From Eledone cirrhosa (lineage: Eukaryota), in assembly GCA_964016885.1 (NCBI GenBank), contig OZ024754.1:37572001-37636000 (forward strand): 64,000 nucleotides of DNA, in the 5' to 3' direction. The notes below the pieces were generated by a model. The model had not been told where the DNA came from and did not search any database. It worked only from the letters and a program-made list of their open reading frames with translations. This document shows, piece after piece, positions 28,205-41,689 of this stretch. The first letter of the stretch is position 1, and each line of letters opens with the position of its first letter. A program made the position numbers and the translations under genes.

Positions 28205-28437
28205 TCCGTTGTTTCATTATATATATATATATATATATAATGTATATATAATGGCGGTGGATTGGCAGTATCGGTAGAGGGTTGGACGCCTTGCTTTGAC
28301 GCATAGAGTTACGTCCCTTCCCATTCTGAGTTCAAATCCCGCCAAGGTTAACTTTGCCTTTCATCCTCATGGGGTCGATGAAATAAAGTACCAGTAATGC
28401 ACTGGGTAATTGCTGGCCTTGTGCCTAAAGTAGAAAC

Positions 28438-28476
<39 letters not shown>

Positions 28477-28599
28477 TTTATCCCGGGTTCAATCGGGGGT
28501 AACCACAGTAAGGTACTCAATATAAAGCAGAGTATAAATATTTCATATTGAAAGGCTTCTACGGGACTAGAACTGTTTCATTCCGGAGAAATCATCAGG

Positions 28600-28648
28600 G
28601 CTTCCTGATGATTTCTCCGGAATGAAACAGTTCTAGTCCTGTAGAAGT
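28600..28648 (+). ncRNA. Type I hammerhead (GUA cleavage after 28643) in fold-back 28549-28653; mirror core on the minus strand
   Basis: gcttc CTGATGA tTTCtccgGAAt GAAA CAGttctagtcCTG TA gaagt. Related sequence at 46858-47115. Confidence 0.75.
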
Positions 28649-28674
28649 CTTTCTATATATATATATATATATAT

Positions 28675-29118
28675 ATCACAGAAAAAAGAGAATCAGTGTT
28701 GCGACGAAAGGAATTTATTGGACATATTACAATTGTTTCTCGGGCGACACGATCGATGTGTTGATCAAACCTGACTCTGAAATCGTGCGGTCCTCGGATA
28801 TGTATCGATTCTACGAAGCAGATTCGATCACCACACCGATCGTGCCTCGAGCTGGTCGCCCGAGAAACACTTGTAAAATGTCCAATAAATTCCTTTCGTC
28901 GCAACACTGATTCTCTTTTTTCTGTGATATCATACTCTGCTCTACGAGGGCATCGAGTGCTCATATGGCCTACCGCACACGGACGCTTTAAGCATCCAAC
29001 ACCAATTATATATATATATATACACACATATATATATTAAAGCGTCCGTATGCGGTAGGCCGTATGAGCACTCGATGCCCTCGTAGAGCAGAGTATGATA
29101 TCACAGAAAAAAGAGAAT
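28675..29118. mobile_element. Doubly inverted Penelope-type terminal repeat fragments, same family as 23929-24075
   Basis: 28675-28750 inverted against 28855-28930, and 28912-28991 inverted against 29038-29118. Carries GAAAcacttgTA / GAAAcaattgTA half-hammerheads. Confidence 0.7.
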
Positions 29119-29642
29119 TTTATCGACCCCGTAAGGATGAAAGGCAAAGTCAATCTCGGCGGGATTTGAACTCAGATCGTAAAGGGACGTAACTATGCTG
29201 GAAAGGATGGCGTCCGACCCTCTACCGATACTGCCAATCCACCGCCCTTTACTCCAACATAATTGTTTCTTCTATTGGCACAAGGCCAGCAATTACCCAG
29301 TACATTACTGGTACTTTATTTTATCGACCCCGTAAGGATGAAAGGCAAAGTCAACCTCGGCGGGATTTGAACTCAGATCGTAAAGGGACGTAACTATGCT
29401 GGAAAGCATGGCGTCCGACCCTCTACCGATACTGCCAATCCACCGTCCTTTACTCCAACATAATTGTTTCTTCTATTGGCACAAGGCCAGCAATTACCCA
29501 GTACATTACTGGTACTTTATTTTATCGACCCCGTAAGGATGAGAAGGCAAAGTCAACCTCGGCGGGATTTGAACTCAGAATGGCAAGGGCCGTAACTCTA
29601 TGCGTCAAAGCATGGTGTCCGACCCTCTACCGATACGGCCAA
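29118..29642 (-). repeat. Tandem array of SINE A, 201-bp period, ~2.6 copies
   Basis: tatcgacccc at 29121, 29322 and 29523. Confidence 0.9.
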
Positions 29643-29906
29643 TAACATAATGATATCAATTTAGAAAGAACAGCAAGACAAAGAGAGAATATTTGCCCGA
29701 GAATGTTAATATCTAGTTCACAAGACACGATCATCAAGAAAGTCCAGTGCGAGGACAAGGTTATCATCATAGATAGTCAATTCCTCTGCCCCCTAGATTT
29801 CGCATCCTAATAACTTCACAGAGCGCAATAGTTGGAGGAGATGCTAAATGCCATCAACACTTGGGAAAACAAAGGTCATAAATTGGCAGCATTACTAACA
29901 TAGCAT

Positions 29907-30878
29907 TATGTATATTATTATTATTAATGATATTATTATTACTGGTTTTATAATAGATAAGGCGGTGGATTGGCAGTATTGGTAGAGAGTCGGACGCCAT
30001 GCTTTCCAGCATAGTTACGTCCCTTTACGATCTGAGTTCAAATCCCGCCGAGGTTGACTTTGCCTTTCATCCTTACGGGGTCGATAAAATAAAGTACCAG
30101 TAATGTACTGGGTAATTGCTGGCCTTGTGCCGAAAGTAGAAACAATTATGTATATTATTATTATTAATGATATTATTATTACTGGTTTTATAATAGATAA
30201 GGCGGTGGATTGGCAGTATCGGCAGAGAGTCGGACGCCATGCTTTCCAGCATAGTTACGTCCCTTTACGATCTGAGTTCAAATCCCGCCGAGGTTGACTT
30301 TGCCTTTCATCCTTACGGGGGTCGATAAAATAAAGTACCAGTAATGTACTGGGTAATTGCTGGCCTTGTGCCGAAAGTAGAAACAATTATGTATATTATT
30401 ATTATTAATGATATTATTATTACTGGTTTTATAATAGATAAGGCGGTGGATTGGCAGTATCGGCAGAGAGTCGGACGCCATGCTTTCCAGCATAGTTACG
30501 TCCCTTTACGATCTGAGTTCAAATCCCGCCGAGGTTGACTTTGCCTTTCATCCTTACGGGGGTCGATAAAATAAAGTACCAGTAATGTACTGGGTAATTG
30601 CTGGCCTTGTGCCGAAAGTAGAAACAATTATGTATATTATTATTATTAATGATATTATTATTACTGGTTTTATAATAGATAAGGCGGTGGATTGGCAGTA
30701 TCGGCAGAGAGTCGGACGCCATGCTTTCCAGCATAGTTACGTCCCTTTACGATCTGAGTTCAAATCCCGCCGAGGTTGACTTTGCCTTTCATCCTTACGG
30801 GGGTCGATAAAATAAAGTACCAGTAATGCACTGTGTAATAGCTGGCCTTGTGCCTAAAGTAGAAACAATTATGTATAT
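29907..30878 (+). repeat. Tandem array of SINE A plus flank, 240-241-bp period, 4 copies
   Basis: ggcggtggattgg at 29961, 30201, 30442 and 30683. Confidence 0.95.
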
Positions 30879-32080
30879 GAAGACATATACAATATGTTTA
30901 AGGACAATAACCATACAAGAGTCTCCCTGTGAACATTTCAATCTGTGACCATATCACTGCTATCTCAGTAAATGGTGAGAACATCACACGTTTTCAGCTA
31001 TTTGTTGGTGCTTGGCGACATTTACTCATTCAATACCGAGACAAGAATATCCTAAAGTTTAAATGTTTTTCTGCGTATAAAAGACATCGGCTACTGATGC
31101 TCATTTTCATATAGTGGAAAATAAAACATCATTCAAGGATGCTCATTTGCATATATGCAAATGAGAAGCCCAAGTCGATGTTTCATACGCAACATAAATA
31201 TATAAGTACTAGAATTTTTTTCCCATACGCTAACGCGTATGTGTATATATGTGTGCGTGCGTGTATGTGCATATGCATACCTTTATATGCATGAGTATAT
31301 GAATATATAAACGCACACACGCAGACACACCGACAGAAGTATACGCCCAGAGACATACATTCACACAAACACACACATAGATTCACACAAACACACACGC
31401 ATACATATACACAAACACACACACACACAGTGTAGTTTTTTTTTCACTTTACCCCTTCCTTCCTTTTACACACACATAACATTCACGCAGGCAACAGACG
31501 TAAAGAGAGAGAAAGAGAGAGAGAGGAGGGAGGGGGGAGTAGTATGAGGTAGTCAAACTACTCCTCTCTCTTTACGTGTTGTGACAGAATCGCAAAAATG
31601 TATCTATCGTTGTCTCCGGTTACGGACATATAAATCTATTATATTCGTCGTTTTCTCGATTTCTCATTCAGTTTTGTATTTTCGTTTTATCAGGACACTG
31701 ATAATGATGGCTAAGTTCAGAGGAAAGACTGAAAGGCCGAAGTCTTCTTGACGTTACAGTGATATATGAAATAAAGTTACTTCAAGTCTTTCAAGCAGAA
31801 TAAAATGTAACTTGCAACTAATAAAACATGTGTATGTCTTAACTTTTTCCTCTTGCAAGAAAAAACAACAACAAAAACAAAAAAAAACAAAACAAAAAAA
31901 CAAAAAAACAAAACAAAAAAACAATGGAGGTTTGCCATCTAAAACTTCGCATCTTCCTCATTCTGATTATACACCGCCATTCTTATTTTGAAGAAGTAAC
32001 TTGATGTTGAGTGCTTAAATTGAATTGCATCAATATTTATCGTAAGTATATACACACACACACACACATGTATATATGGA

Positions 32081-32186
<106 letters not shown>

Positions 32187-32476
32187 TCCATATATACATA
32201 GATCCATATATACATAGATCCATATATACATATATATATATATAGTATTAAGTATACTATTTATGGTTATGCAAATACAAAAACCTTTTTGTAGTTATAT
32301 ATATTTTTACAAACCCTAAATAGTGATAGGCAGTAATATATTACTCCCTTATTACCAGTAAGTTAAATAGCTCAATGTAATAACATCAGATGATTTACAG
32401 AGCAGTTATATGCATATGTATCTGTATGTCTCTTGGGTTGAAAAGGAGGTCATATAAATGTTCATTCAATAATAAA

Positions 32477-32525
32477 TTACTCCGAAGAATCCAAACCTCG
32501 GTTTGGAGGAAACAGTTGTAAGCAT
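32477..32525 (+). ncRNA. Hammerhead-like motif with variant core CCGAAGA at a Penelope-like 3' end
   Basis: ttact CCGAAGA aTCCAAACCtcGGTTTGGAg GAAA cagttg TA agcat. Stem I is partly decayed. Confidence 0.5.
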
Positions 32526-32559
32526 AAAAATGTTTTGAACAGTTGTTTGATTCTTATAA

Positions 32560-32610
<51 letters not shown>

Positions 32611-32783
32611 CAGGAGGCTGGACTAGTGTAAATCCTTGAAAGGTTTATTATACTATGATCATTTCAACTACACAAACGAAGACGGGTGAACTGCACTACG
32701 TTGAGTACTCTCCACAATATTACACCAAGATTGACCATACGGAATGATCAAATCTATCCAGTGGTGAACCAACAAACCTAAAG

Positions 32784-32815
<32 letters not shown>

Positions 32816-32832
32816 CATATATATATACATAC

Positions 32833-32863
<31 letters not shown>

Positions 32864-32925
32864 TGTATATATATGTATATACATATATATGTATATATAT
32901 ATATATATGTATATAAATATATATG

Positions 32926-33036
<111 letters not shown>

Positions 33037-33642
33037 ATATGGATCTATATATATATAAATAAATATATATATATATATACATGTATATATGGATCTATAT
33101 ATATATAAATATATATATATATACATGTATATATGGATGTATATATATATAAATATATATATATATACATGTATTCATTAGTTAAGCAAAACAAGACCAC
33201 AAATTTCACAAGGAAGACATTATTAAAAGATTGTCAACATATTTTAGTTTGATGTAAGGAATGTAGAGAATAATAATAATAATATTAATAATAATAATGT
33301 CCGTTTACAATTGTTTCGCTACTCCATATGGATCAGATGACTATATATCATAATTGATCTGGTTCAGTTGAAAATAATTAACATATTTAAAAGACAGAGC
33401 GGCTCATTGGAACTTCAAAGAAATATAAATTAAAATAATGAGAGAATGTTACATAATATAATGTTCCATGTATTGGTTTTTTACATTAAGAACATGCCTT
33501 TACGCTTTGGCTTTTAACTAATTCACCAATCTCTCCTCTCATATCTCCTCTCCTATCTCCATCTCTCTCTTTAAGATTGGTTATCTTGAACTGTGTATAT
33601 ATACATGTATATATAGCCGATTATCCACACAATACAATATAG

Positions 33643-33694
<52 letters not shown>

Positions 33695-33757
33695 CTATAT
33701 TGTATTGTGTGGATAATCGGCTGTATTATTTTATATGAGATATATTAAAATCTCATT

Positions 33758-33881
33758 CTCCATACGATCGTTTCATTATAAGATTTCTACATGGTGGGTG
33801 AAATTTTACCAAGTTATGTAGAAGCTTGCATAAGATCAATGGATTCTTATTCAAGTGGGCACTTATAAATCTTCAGTGGGT
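33758..33881 (-). ncRNA. Type I hammerhead with ~95-nt stem II domain
   Basis: Reverse complement reads cca CTGAAGA tTTATAAG...CTTATAAt GAAA cgatcg TA tgg, with palindromic ACGATCGT. Confidence 0.6.
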
Positions 33882-34304
33882 GCCCAATAATATCAATATT
33901 AATAACTAAATCAACATTAATATTTAGCGATAATCTCCATCAGTGCTAGAAAGAGCTGCCTAGGTTGTATGTCCAGCAGTTCTAAAGAAAATCTCACACT
34001 GTCCCCAAATGGAAGGGGGAGGTCATCGCGAAAAATAAAATAATATACACGCAGGTCATATATATATATTAGTAAAAAGGAAAAGAAAATGCTGACAAAT
34101 TTTTCCCAGTGAAAAATAGTTTAATTAGGAATAAGTATAAATTAGTAATAAGTATTAGTTAGTATTCAGTTTTAGTTTTTACCGGTTGCGCATTTCTAAT
34201 GCTTTTCAAAAATAATTTTGAGATAGAGCGCTCGTGATTTTTGCTCTAGTCTGATCAGTTTTGGAAATTCTTCCTGTTTTATGTGAAAAAAGTGGCTCCA
34301 GAGG

Positions 34305-34470
34305 TAAAGATTTGGTTGGTTGTTGAATGTCACGTGAATAAGCACTATAAATTTCGCGTCAATTCGTGTTGCAAAAATTCTTGTAGTCAAAACAATTTTG
34401 ATTGGTCGATAGAAGTCACGTGAATGTTAAAACTGATTTTAGCGCGAACTGGTTTCGCGCCAAATGTAGG
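34305..34470. promoter_or_regulatory. CpG-containing promoter-like module (CCAAT, two GTCACGTGA, E2F-like sites)
   Basis: gtcacgtga at 34329 and 34415, gattgg at 34400, tttcgcgtcaa at 34352, tttcgcgccaaa at 34453. Confidence 0.35.
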
Positions 34471-35165
34471 TTTGTCGAAGAGTGTCCCTTTCCGCTTGAT
34501 TGAGTTGCAGTCATGTTGAGAAGTCACTGAAAAATATGTCTAGGGAAATTTGACAGTAGAAGTCGCAGTGATAGACACATTTTTCCAATGCAGGTGGGTT
34601 CCATATATTTCATCATGTTTTTCGCTGTGACCATTCTTCTCTCCCCCTTCTACCTACCTAATTCGCCACTTTCTACTCCCCCGCCCCCCTTTCTCCCTAT
34701 CTACTCCTACCCCACTTTCTTCCTCTCCCTTTCTCCCTTTCCCTTTCTCCCTCTCACTTTCACCCCTCGTCTAACCGTTTAGCAGTTCTCTTCTCACTTA
34801 CAGCTGCAGCCATCAGACGTGTGTCTTTTCTCTCGATTACTAGGTCTCGAACTTAAGTTCTTTTATCGAGTGGTCTTGGATTTGCTACCTATAGTTGCTC
34901 GCACATTGTTGGGTTTGTATTTTTTTTTCGCTGTTTTGTTATTGTTTCTCTTTTCTTCCCCTTTCCTTTTGCTTTCCTTCCCTCCTTCCTTCGTTATCCA
35001 GTTATTGACGCCCTGGGGTGAAGTGGTATCTTGTCTTTAAAGCGTAGAAATATCCTCGACCCACATAAGACAACTGATGAGGAAAACTCCCCGCCCCTGT
35101 TCTTGCTTTCTTCGTATTCCCACTGCATTTTAAGTTACCTTAAATAGCAACTACACAGCCATTTC

Positions 35166-35288
<123 letters not shown>

Positions 35289-35378
35289 ACCGACACATTA
35301 TACTAGGTTGTCCACATGCGCCAACAATAAATGACAACACTCATAAAATAAGAACAAAAAACGATTGTTTTGTTACAT

Positions 35379-35384
35379 TTTATT
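35379..35384 (-). promoter_or_regulatory. Candidate polyadenylation signal AATAAA of the SLC46-like gene
   Basis: tttatt on the + strand ~100 nt past the predicted stop codon. Confidence 0.4.
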
Positions 35385-35480
35385 TTTTACGTAACATTAT
35401 TTAATGTCGAAAGTATCAAGAATTACTTGAATCCAGAATTGGTGGGGCATCGTGCTCGTCATTTTATACCATCTAACCAT

Positions 35481-35511
35481 CTAATAATCTTTGTTATAAC
35501 CATATAGAATT
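35481..35511 (-). CDS. SLC46A-like: SLC46-family transporter, candidate terminal exon (..[10 protein letters not shown])
   Basis: Strong acceptor tttttctctgtatctttctccAG. The phase-2 join completes TM12 and ends at TAG 35483-35481, with AATAAA ~100 nt downstream. Total spliced CDS is 1818 nt, a multiple of 3. Confidence 0.6.
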
Positions 35512-35543
35512 CTGGAGAAAGATACAGAGAAAAATATTGACTT

Positions 35544-35701
<158 letters not shown>

Positions 35702-35829
35702 GATAAATCTAACAAAATGTACGGTAGTGTCCAATCCGTATGAAGAACTCAATGTAATCCAAATATCACAAAAAGAGAAGATGTATTCAAAATTTTTTCG
35801 ATGAAAATCGAAGGAAAACAAAGTGAAGA

Positions 35830-36142
35830 TAAATTAATAAAAATAATGAATAAAAACAAAGAAACAGTTCCTTATATTAAAAAATTCAGCATTTTACGAT
35901 CGTTTCTAGGATATATATGTGTGGTTGGTATGTATATCATATAGATCTATGTAAAATTTCTGAGGACAGCATATATATGTGTATGTATGTATATTCCCTC
36001 TGATAGTTTGTAAAAATTTTACATAGATCTATATGATATACATACCAACCACACACATATATATCCTAGAAACGATCGTAAAATGATGAATTTTTTTAAT
36101 TATAAGGAACTGTTTCTTTGTTTTTATTCATTATTTTTATTA

Positions 36143-36150
<8 letters not shown>
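35830..36150. mobile_element. Fold-back element with ~130-bp arms and GAAAcgatcgTA half-hammerheads
   Basis: 35830-35960 is the reverse complement of 36013-36146; flanked by (TA)n. Confidence 0.75.
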
Positions 36151-36180
<30 letters not shown>

Positions 36181-36407
36181 AGAGAATTGGATTCACAATG
36201 TTGAGGTTGTGAGTTCGATTCCTGGACTGGGCGATGCGTTATGTCCTTGAGCAAGACACTTTATTTCACGTTGCTCCTTCTACCTGGAGTTGCGACCGAT
36301 AGATAGTACTAGCAACTGGAAAGACCAACGGAAACATTGTTTCCTCGGTCCGATTTGACGAAAGTCGATCGATGAAAAAAAAAAATATATATATATATAT
36401 GTATGTA

Positions 36408-36483
<76 letters not shown>

Positions 36484-36487
36484 TACA

Positions 36488-37206
36488 TACCAGAGATATA
36501 TGGTCTTTAAAGCGATGAAATACCAATGAAGGCTGGAAGATCACTGATGAAGGACTAAATTTATTCATATGTAACCCATTTGCAACCACGCAGCACGCCA
36601 TGTTTTCGTATATTTATATATTTTCCTCCGCTGTCACCCGTCTGTTTCTTTCTTATTGCTTCCCCTTTCTCCGTATCTCTCACTTCCTTTTACCCTCTCT
36701 GCCAGTCACTCTCTCTGTTAGCCTCTTCCTCACACTTTCACTCACTCACTCTCTGCTACTCCCTCTCCTACTTCCTTCCGTTTGATCTGTGCGAAATTCT
36801 TTCCGCACTCGCATTTCGACCAGGTCGGATGGTCTTTATTCTCTCTCGTCTACGATTTCACAGAACTTATGTTCATCGATTTCAGGAACTTGACTCCTTC
36901 TTCCTCCCGTTTGACCTGTGCGAAATTGTTTCCTCACTTACATTTCGACCAGGTTGGATGGTCTTTATTCTCTCTCGTCTACGATTTCACAGAACTTATG
37001 TTCATCGATTTCTGGGACTTGACTCCTTCTTCCTCACTTTTCGTTGCATTACCGTCTTTGTGTGTTTACTGTCTCGCTCGTTCCCCCTATTTACGTGTCC
37101 CAACGACTTTCTTTAGCCGTTGCTCGCACCTACCAGAGGTATATGGTCTTTAAAGCGATGAAACACCAATGAAGGCTGGAAGATCACTGATGAAGGACTA
37201 AATTTA

Positions 37207-37213
<7 letters not shown>
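36488..37213 (+). mobile_element. Non-coding element with 83-bp direct terminal repeats inserted in (TA)n
   Basis: 36488-36570 matches 37131-37213; internal ~130-bp duplication; related end at 35020-35085. Confidence 0.7.
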
Positions 37214-37273
<60 letters not shown>

Positions 37274-37589
37274 GTATATATATACTTAGGGTAAACATTG
37301 ATGCAATGGCTTTCGACTGACAGCCACTGACGGGATGGGTAGCAGTAAGCTATATTACAAGCCTTGAATGGGTCATTGTTTGGCTGAGAGGGGAACTGAC
37401 TAAGCAAATTTAGTTGAAATCTACAGTAGCTAATGGTCAACTTCCTACGGACCTGCGCCTGCGCAGACCGATGGGGGTGAATTGGTACTCACAGGGGAAT
37501 GGACGAAGAACCTAAGAGCACACACTTCGTCCGTTCCCATGTCGATTCAATTTGGATTGCCTCGGAAACATAACCTTATTATGTAAAAA

Positions 37590-37663
37590 GCTGTCTGACG
37601 ATGTCGCGACACTGGCGCACGGAACAGTGTGACTACTGTCGCCATTGAAATATATATCACAGC
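37590..37663 (+). ncRNA. Type I hammerhead ribozyme (AUC cleavage after 37658)
   Basis: gctgt CTGACGA tgtcGCGACA...TGTCGCcatt GAAA tatata TC acagc. Confidence 0.8.
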
Positions 37664-37744
37664 ATTATTATTAAAAGACTTGAACATCTGAAACTACTTC
37701 GCTTTTCTTTATTATATATATATATATATATATATAAAATAAAG

Positions 37745-37802
<58 letters not shown>

Positions 37803-37878
37803 GTTGCTTCGTTGCCCTTGAAATATATATAATAAAATAAATATGGTTTTATAAATATAGTTTCCATTTATTTAATAT

Positions 37879-37946
<68 letters not shown>

Positions 37947-37985
37947 ATATTAAATAAATGGTAACTATATTTATAAAACCATATT

Positions 37986-38049
37986 TATTTTATTATATAT
38001 ATTTCAAGGGCAACGAAGCAACATTAGTACGCTTTCATCAGATAAAATA
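37986..38049 (-). ncRNA. Type I hammerhead; part of fold-back 37800-38025 centred on a (TA)n loop
   Basis: Reverse complement reads tattttat CTGATGA AAG...CTT GAAA tatata TA ataaaata (8-bp stem I). Confidence 0.8.
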
Positions 38050-38140
38050 CAAAGTTTGTTTTATAAATAGAGACATACCCATGAAAATCATACGTTATCG
38101 GTTGGAAATTTACTGGATAGTGCTCTAAATACCCCTTCTA

Positions 38141-38233
<93 letters not shown>

Positions 38234-38268
38234 GCATATATATATATATGTGTGTATTTATGTATATA

Positions 38269-38325
<57 letters not shown>

Positions 38326-38404
38326 ATGTATATTTATATATATATATGTATATGTATATATATTATATATGTATATATATGTATGTATATATGTATGTAT
38401 GTAT

Positions 38405-39728
<1,324 letters not shown>

Positions 39729-39734
39729 TATATA

Positions 39735-40150
39735 GTGACGAAACATAAGTCAATTGCATGAACTCATAATCCTTTATTTACTGCTATATATATTTCGATG
39801 ATAGTCATTGAATGGCTATGACCTCATCAGGCAGTTAGTCAGTTCTTAGATATGCCAGCTCTGTGTTTATAGTGTTGATGGTATCAGAGCCTTGGGACAT
39901 ATGAGCTTGTTAGGAATAATTTAATGTTGTCAGCAGGAATAGTCTTAATTCTCATTGGTCAGTTTGTAGATGCTAGTAGGTTTGGTATTTGACCTCAAAG
40001 AGGCAAGTGGTGTTGTAAAGTTGAAACCGTCAGGCAAGATGACAATAGTTCCATATGACTGATTTTCACAAAACGCATTCCTAGTCAGATATATATTCAA
40101 TTAAGGTTAATAGTATGAAATAGATACTACAGGTCATTCTTAAATTGAGG
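39735..40150 (-). mobile_element. Decayed Penelope-like 3' end (GIY-YIG C-terminus plus hammerhead)
   Basis: Remnants TLIEYISD / ELLSSC / TCLFEVKYQ upstream of the hammerhead at 39780-39835. Confidence 0.6.
39780..39835 (-). ncRNA. Type I hammerhead at the 3' end of a decayed Penelope-like element
   Basis: Reverse complement reads actgc CTGATGA ggtcatagccattcaatgactatcatc GAAA tatata TA gcagt, followed by AATAAA. Confidence 0.85.
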
Positions 40151-40151
40151 A

Positions 40152-40223
<72 letters not shown>

Positions 40224-41482
40224 TTGGGGAGGGTCATATTTGTGTAATATTGCCAGAATTAATAACAGAACACACTCACTATTTGGTTGGTTTTCGCTTT
40301 TCGCTTCTGTGTCTTTTATATCGGTAATCTAATTTATTCGGTCCTCAATGTTGCCATTGACTGACCAACGGTCAAAAATACAGATACAATATAGACACAA
40401 ACACATATATATAGTTTATGAAAGTTCTTTCGTTGCACATCTGTAACATCATCAGTGGTGCTATTGTTTCCTCCCGTTGCATTCTATTTTCTACGCCATC
40501 TTTATTTAGTCTGTTTATATATTTATTTATTTGTTTATTTTATTTTGTCTTCTTTGCGCATGCGTTTGCATGTGTGTATAGTGTTTTGTTTGATGTGTTT
40601 TCGTGATTGGGCGGCTGTGCATTGGTTAATGTATTCTATCTTTACTAGTGTGTGTTTATATGTGTTTGTTGTTATTGTGCTTGTGTATGTATTTATTTAT
40701 TTATTTATTTATTTATCTATTTATTTATTTATTTATTTATCTATTTATTTATTTATTTATTTATTAATACTTCTCTTAGGTCATATAAAGAAAAAAAGAT
40801 GAAATCGAAAATGCAACTGGAGTCTTATTTTAAAAATATATATATATATTTATTTGGTTCCTTTACCGGTTTCGCAGTTCTGCTTTTCAAAAGTAGAGTT
40901 GAGATGGAGGGTGTGTGGTTTTTCTCATATAAGCGGCCATGTGATGCGTATAAAGGACGACAGCTGTATAAAAAGGTCCAGGGCAATGAAAATTGATGGA
41001 AGCTACGGAGTGGGTAGACGAATAAAAATCTGGGACCAGGTGATAAAAACTGACCTTGCTCATTTACACCTCTCTAAGACAATAACACTGGATCGAGATC
41101 TTTGGCGCCATGCAGTTGTACAGAAGACCCCCTTTCCTTGCATAAAAACCTACAGTCAGAAGGCACCTCTTAACCCAATGTACACCCCACCCCACATACC
41201 GGCCCCATCCTCCCTTTCCCGTTCCGTCCACTGTGTCAATGACACAACAGTCCACAATGTAAGGTGGTCGTGTAGGTGACACGGTAAAAAGGCTCCCAGT
41301 CCACACTGTAAAGGTGGTTGGTGTTAGGAAGGGCATCCAGCTGTACAAAACCTGCCAGAGACACTTTCGTACGAGCGAGACACGGTCTCTTGACCATTCT
41401 CGCATCAAATGGAACAAAACTGCCTAACCCATGCTAGCGTGGAAGATGGACCTTAAACAACGATGATGATGATGATGATGAT

Positions 41483-41553
<71 letters not shown>

Positions 41554-41689
41554 CTTTGATAGGTTTCGGCCAGTAAACACATATATATGTGTGTGTATGT
41601 GTGTGTACGTGTTTGTGTGTCTGTATATGTTTATGTTTGAATGTATGTGCGTGTGTATATATATATATATATATATATCATCATCATTA

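Noticed and set aside
31536-31565. Hairpin containing TGAGGTAGT (let-7 5' end)
   Set aside because: Only 9 nt match and the hairpin is far too short for a pre-miRNA.
31690-31755. Hammerhead-like CTGATAA...GAAA...stem
   Set aside because: Core mismatch and stem I out of register.
32625-32777. Alternative terminal exon for the SLC46-like gene
   Set aside because: The 35511 acceptor is nearer, completes TM12 better and has its own AATAAA; this one is kept only as an orphan candidate.
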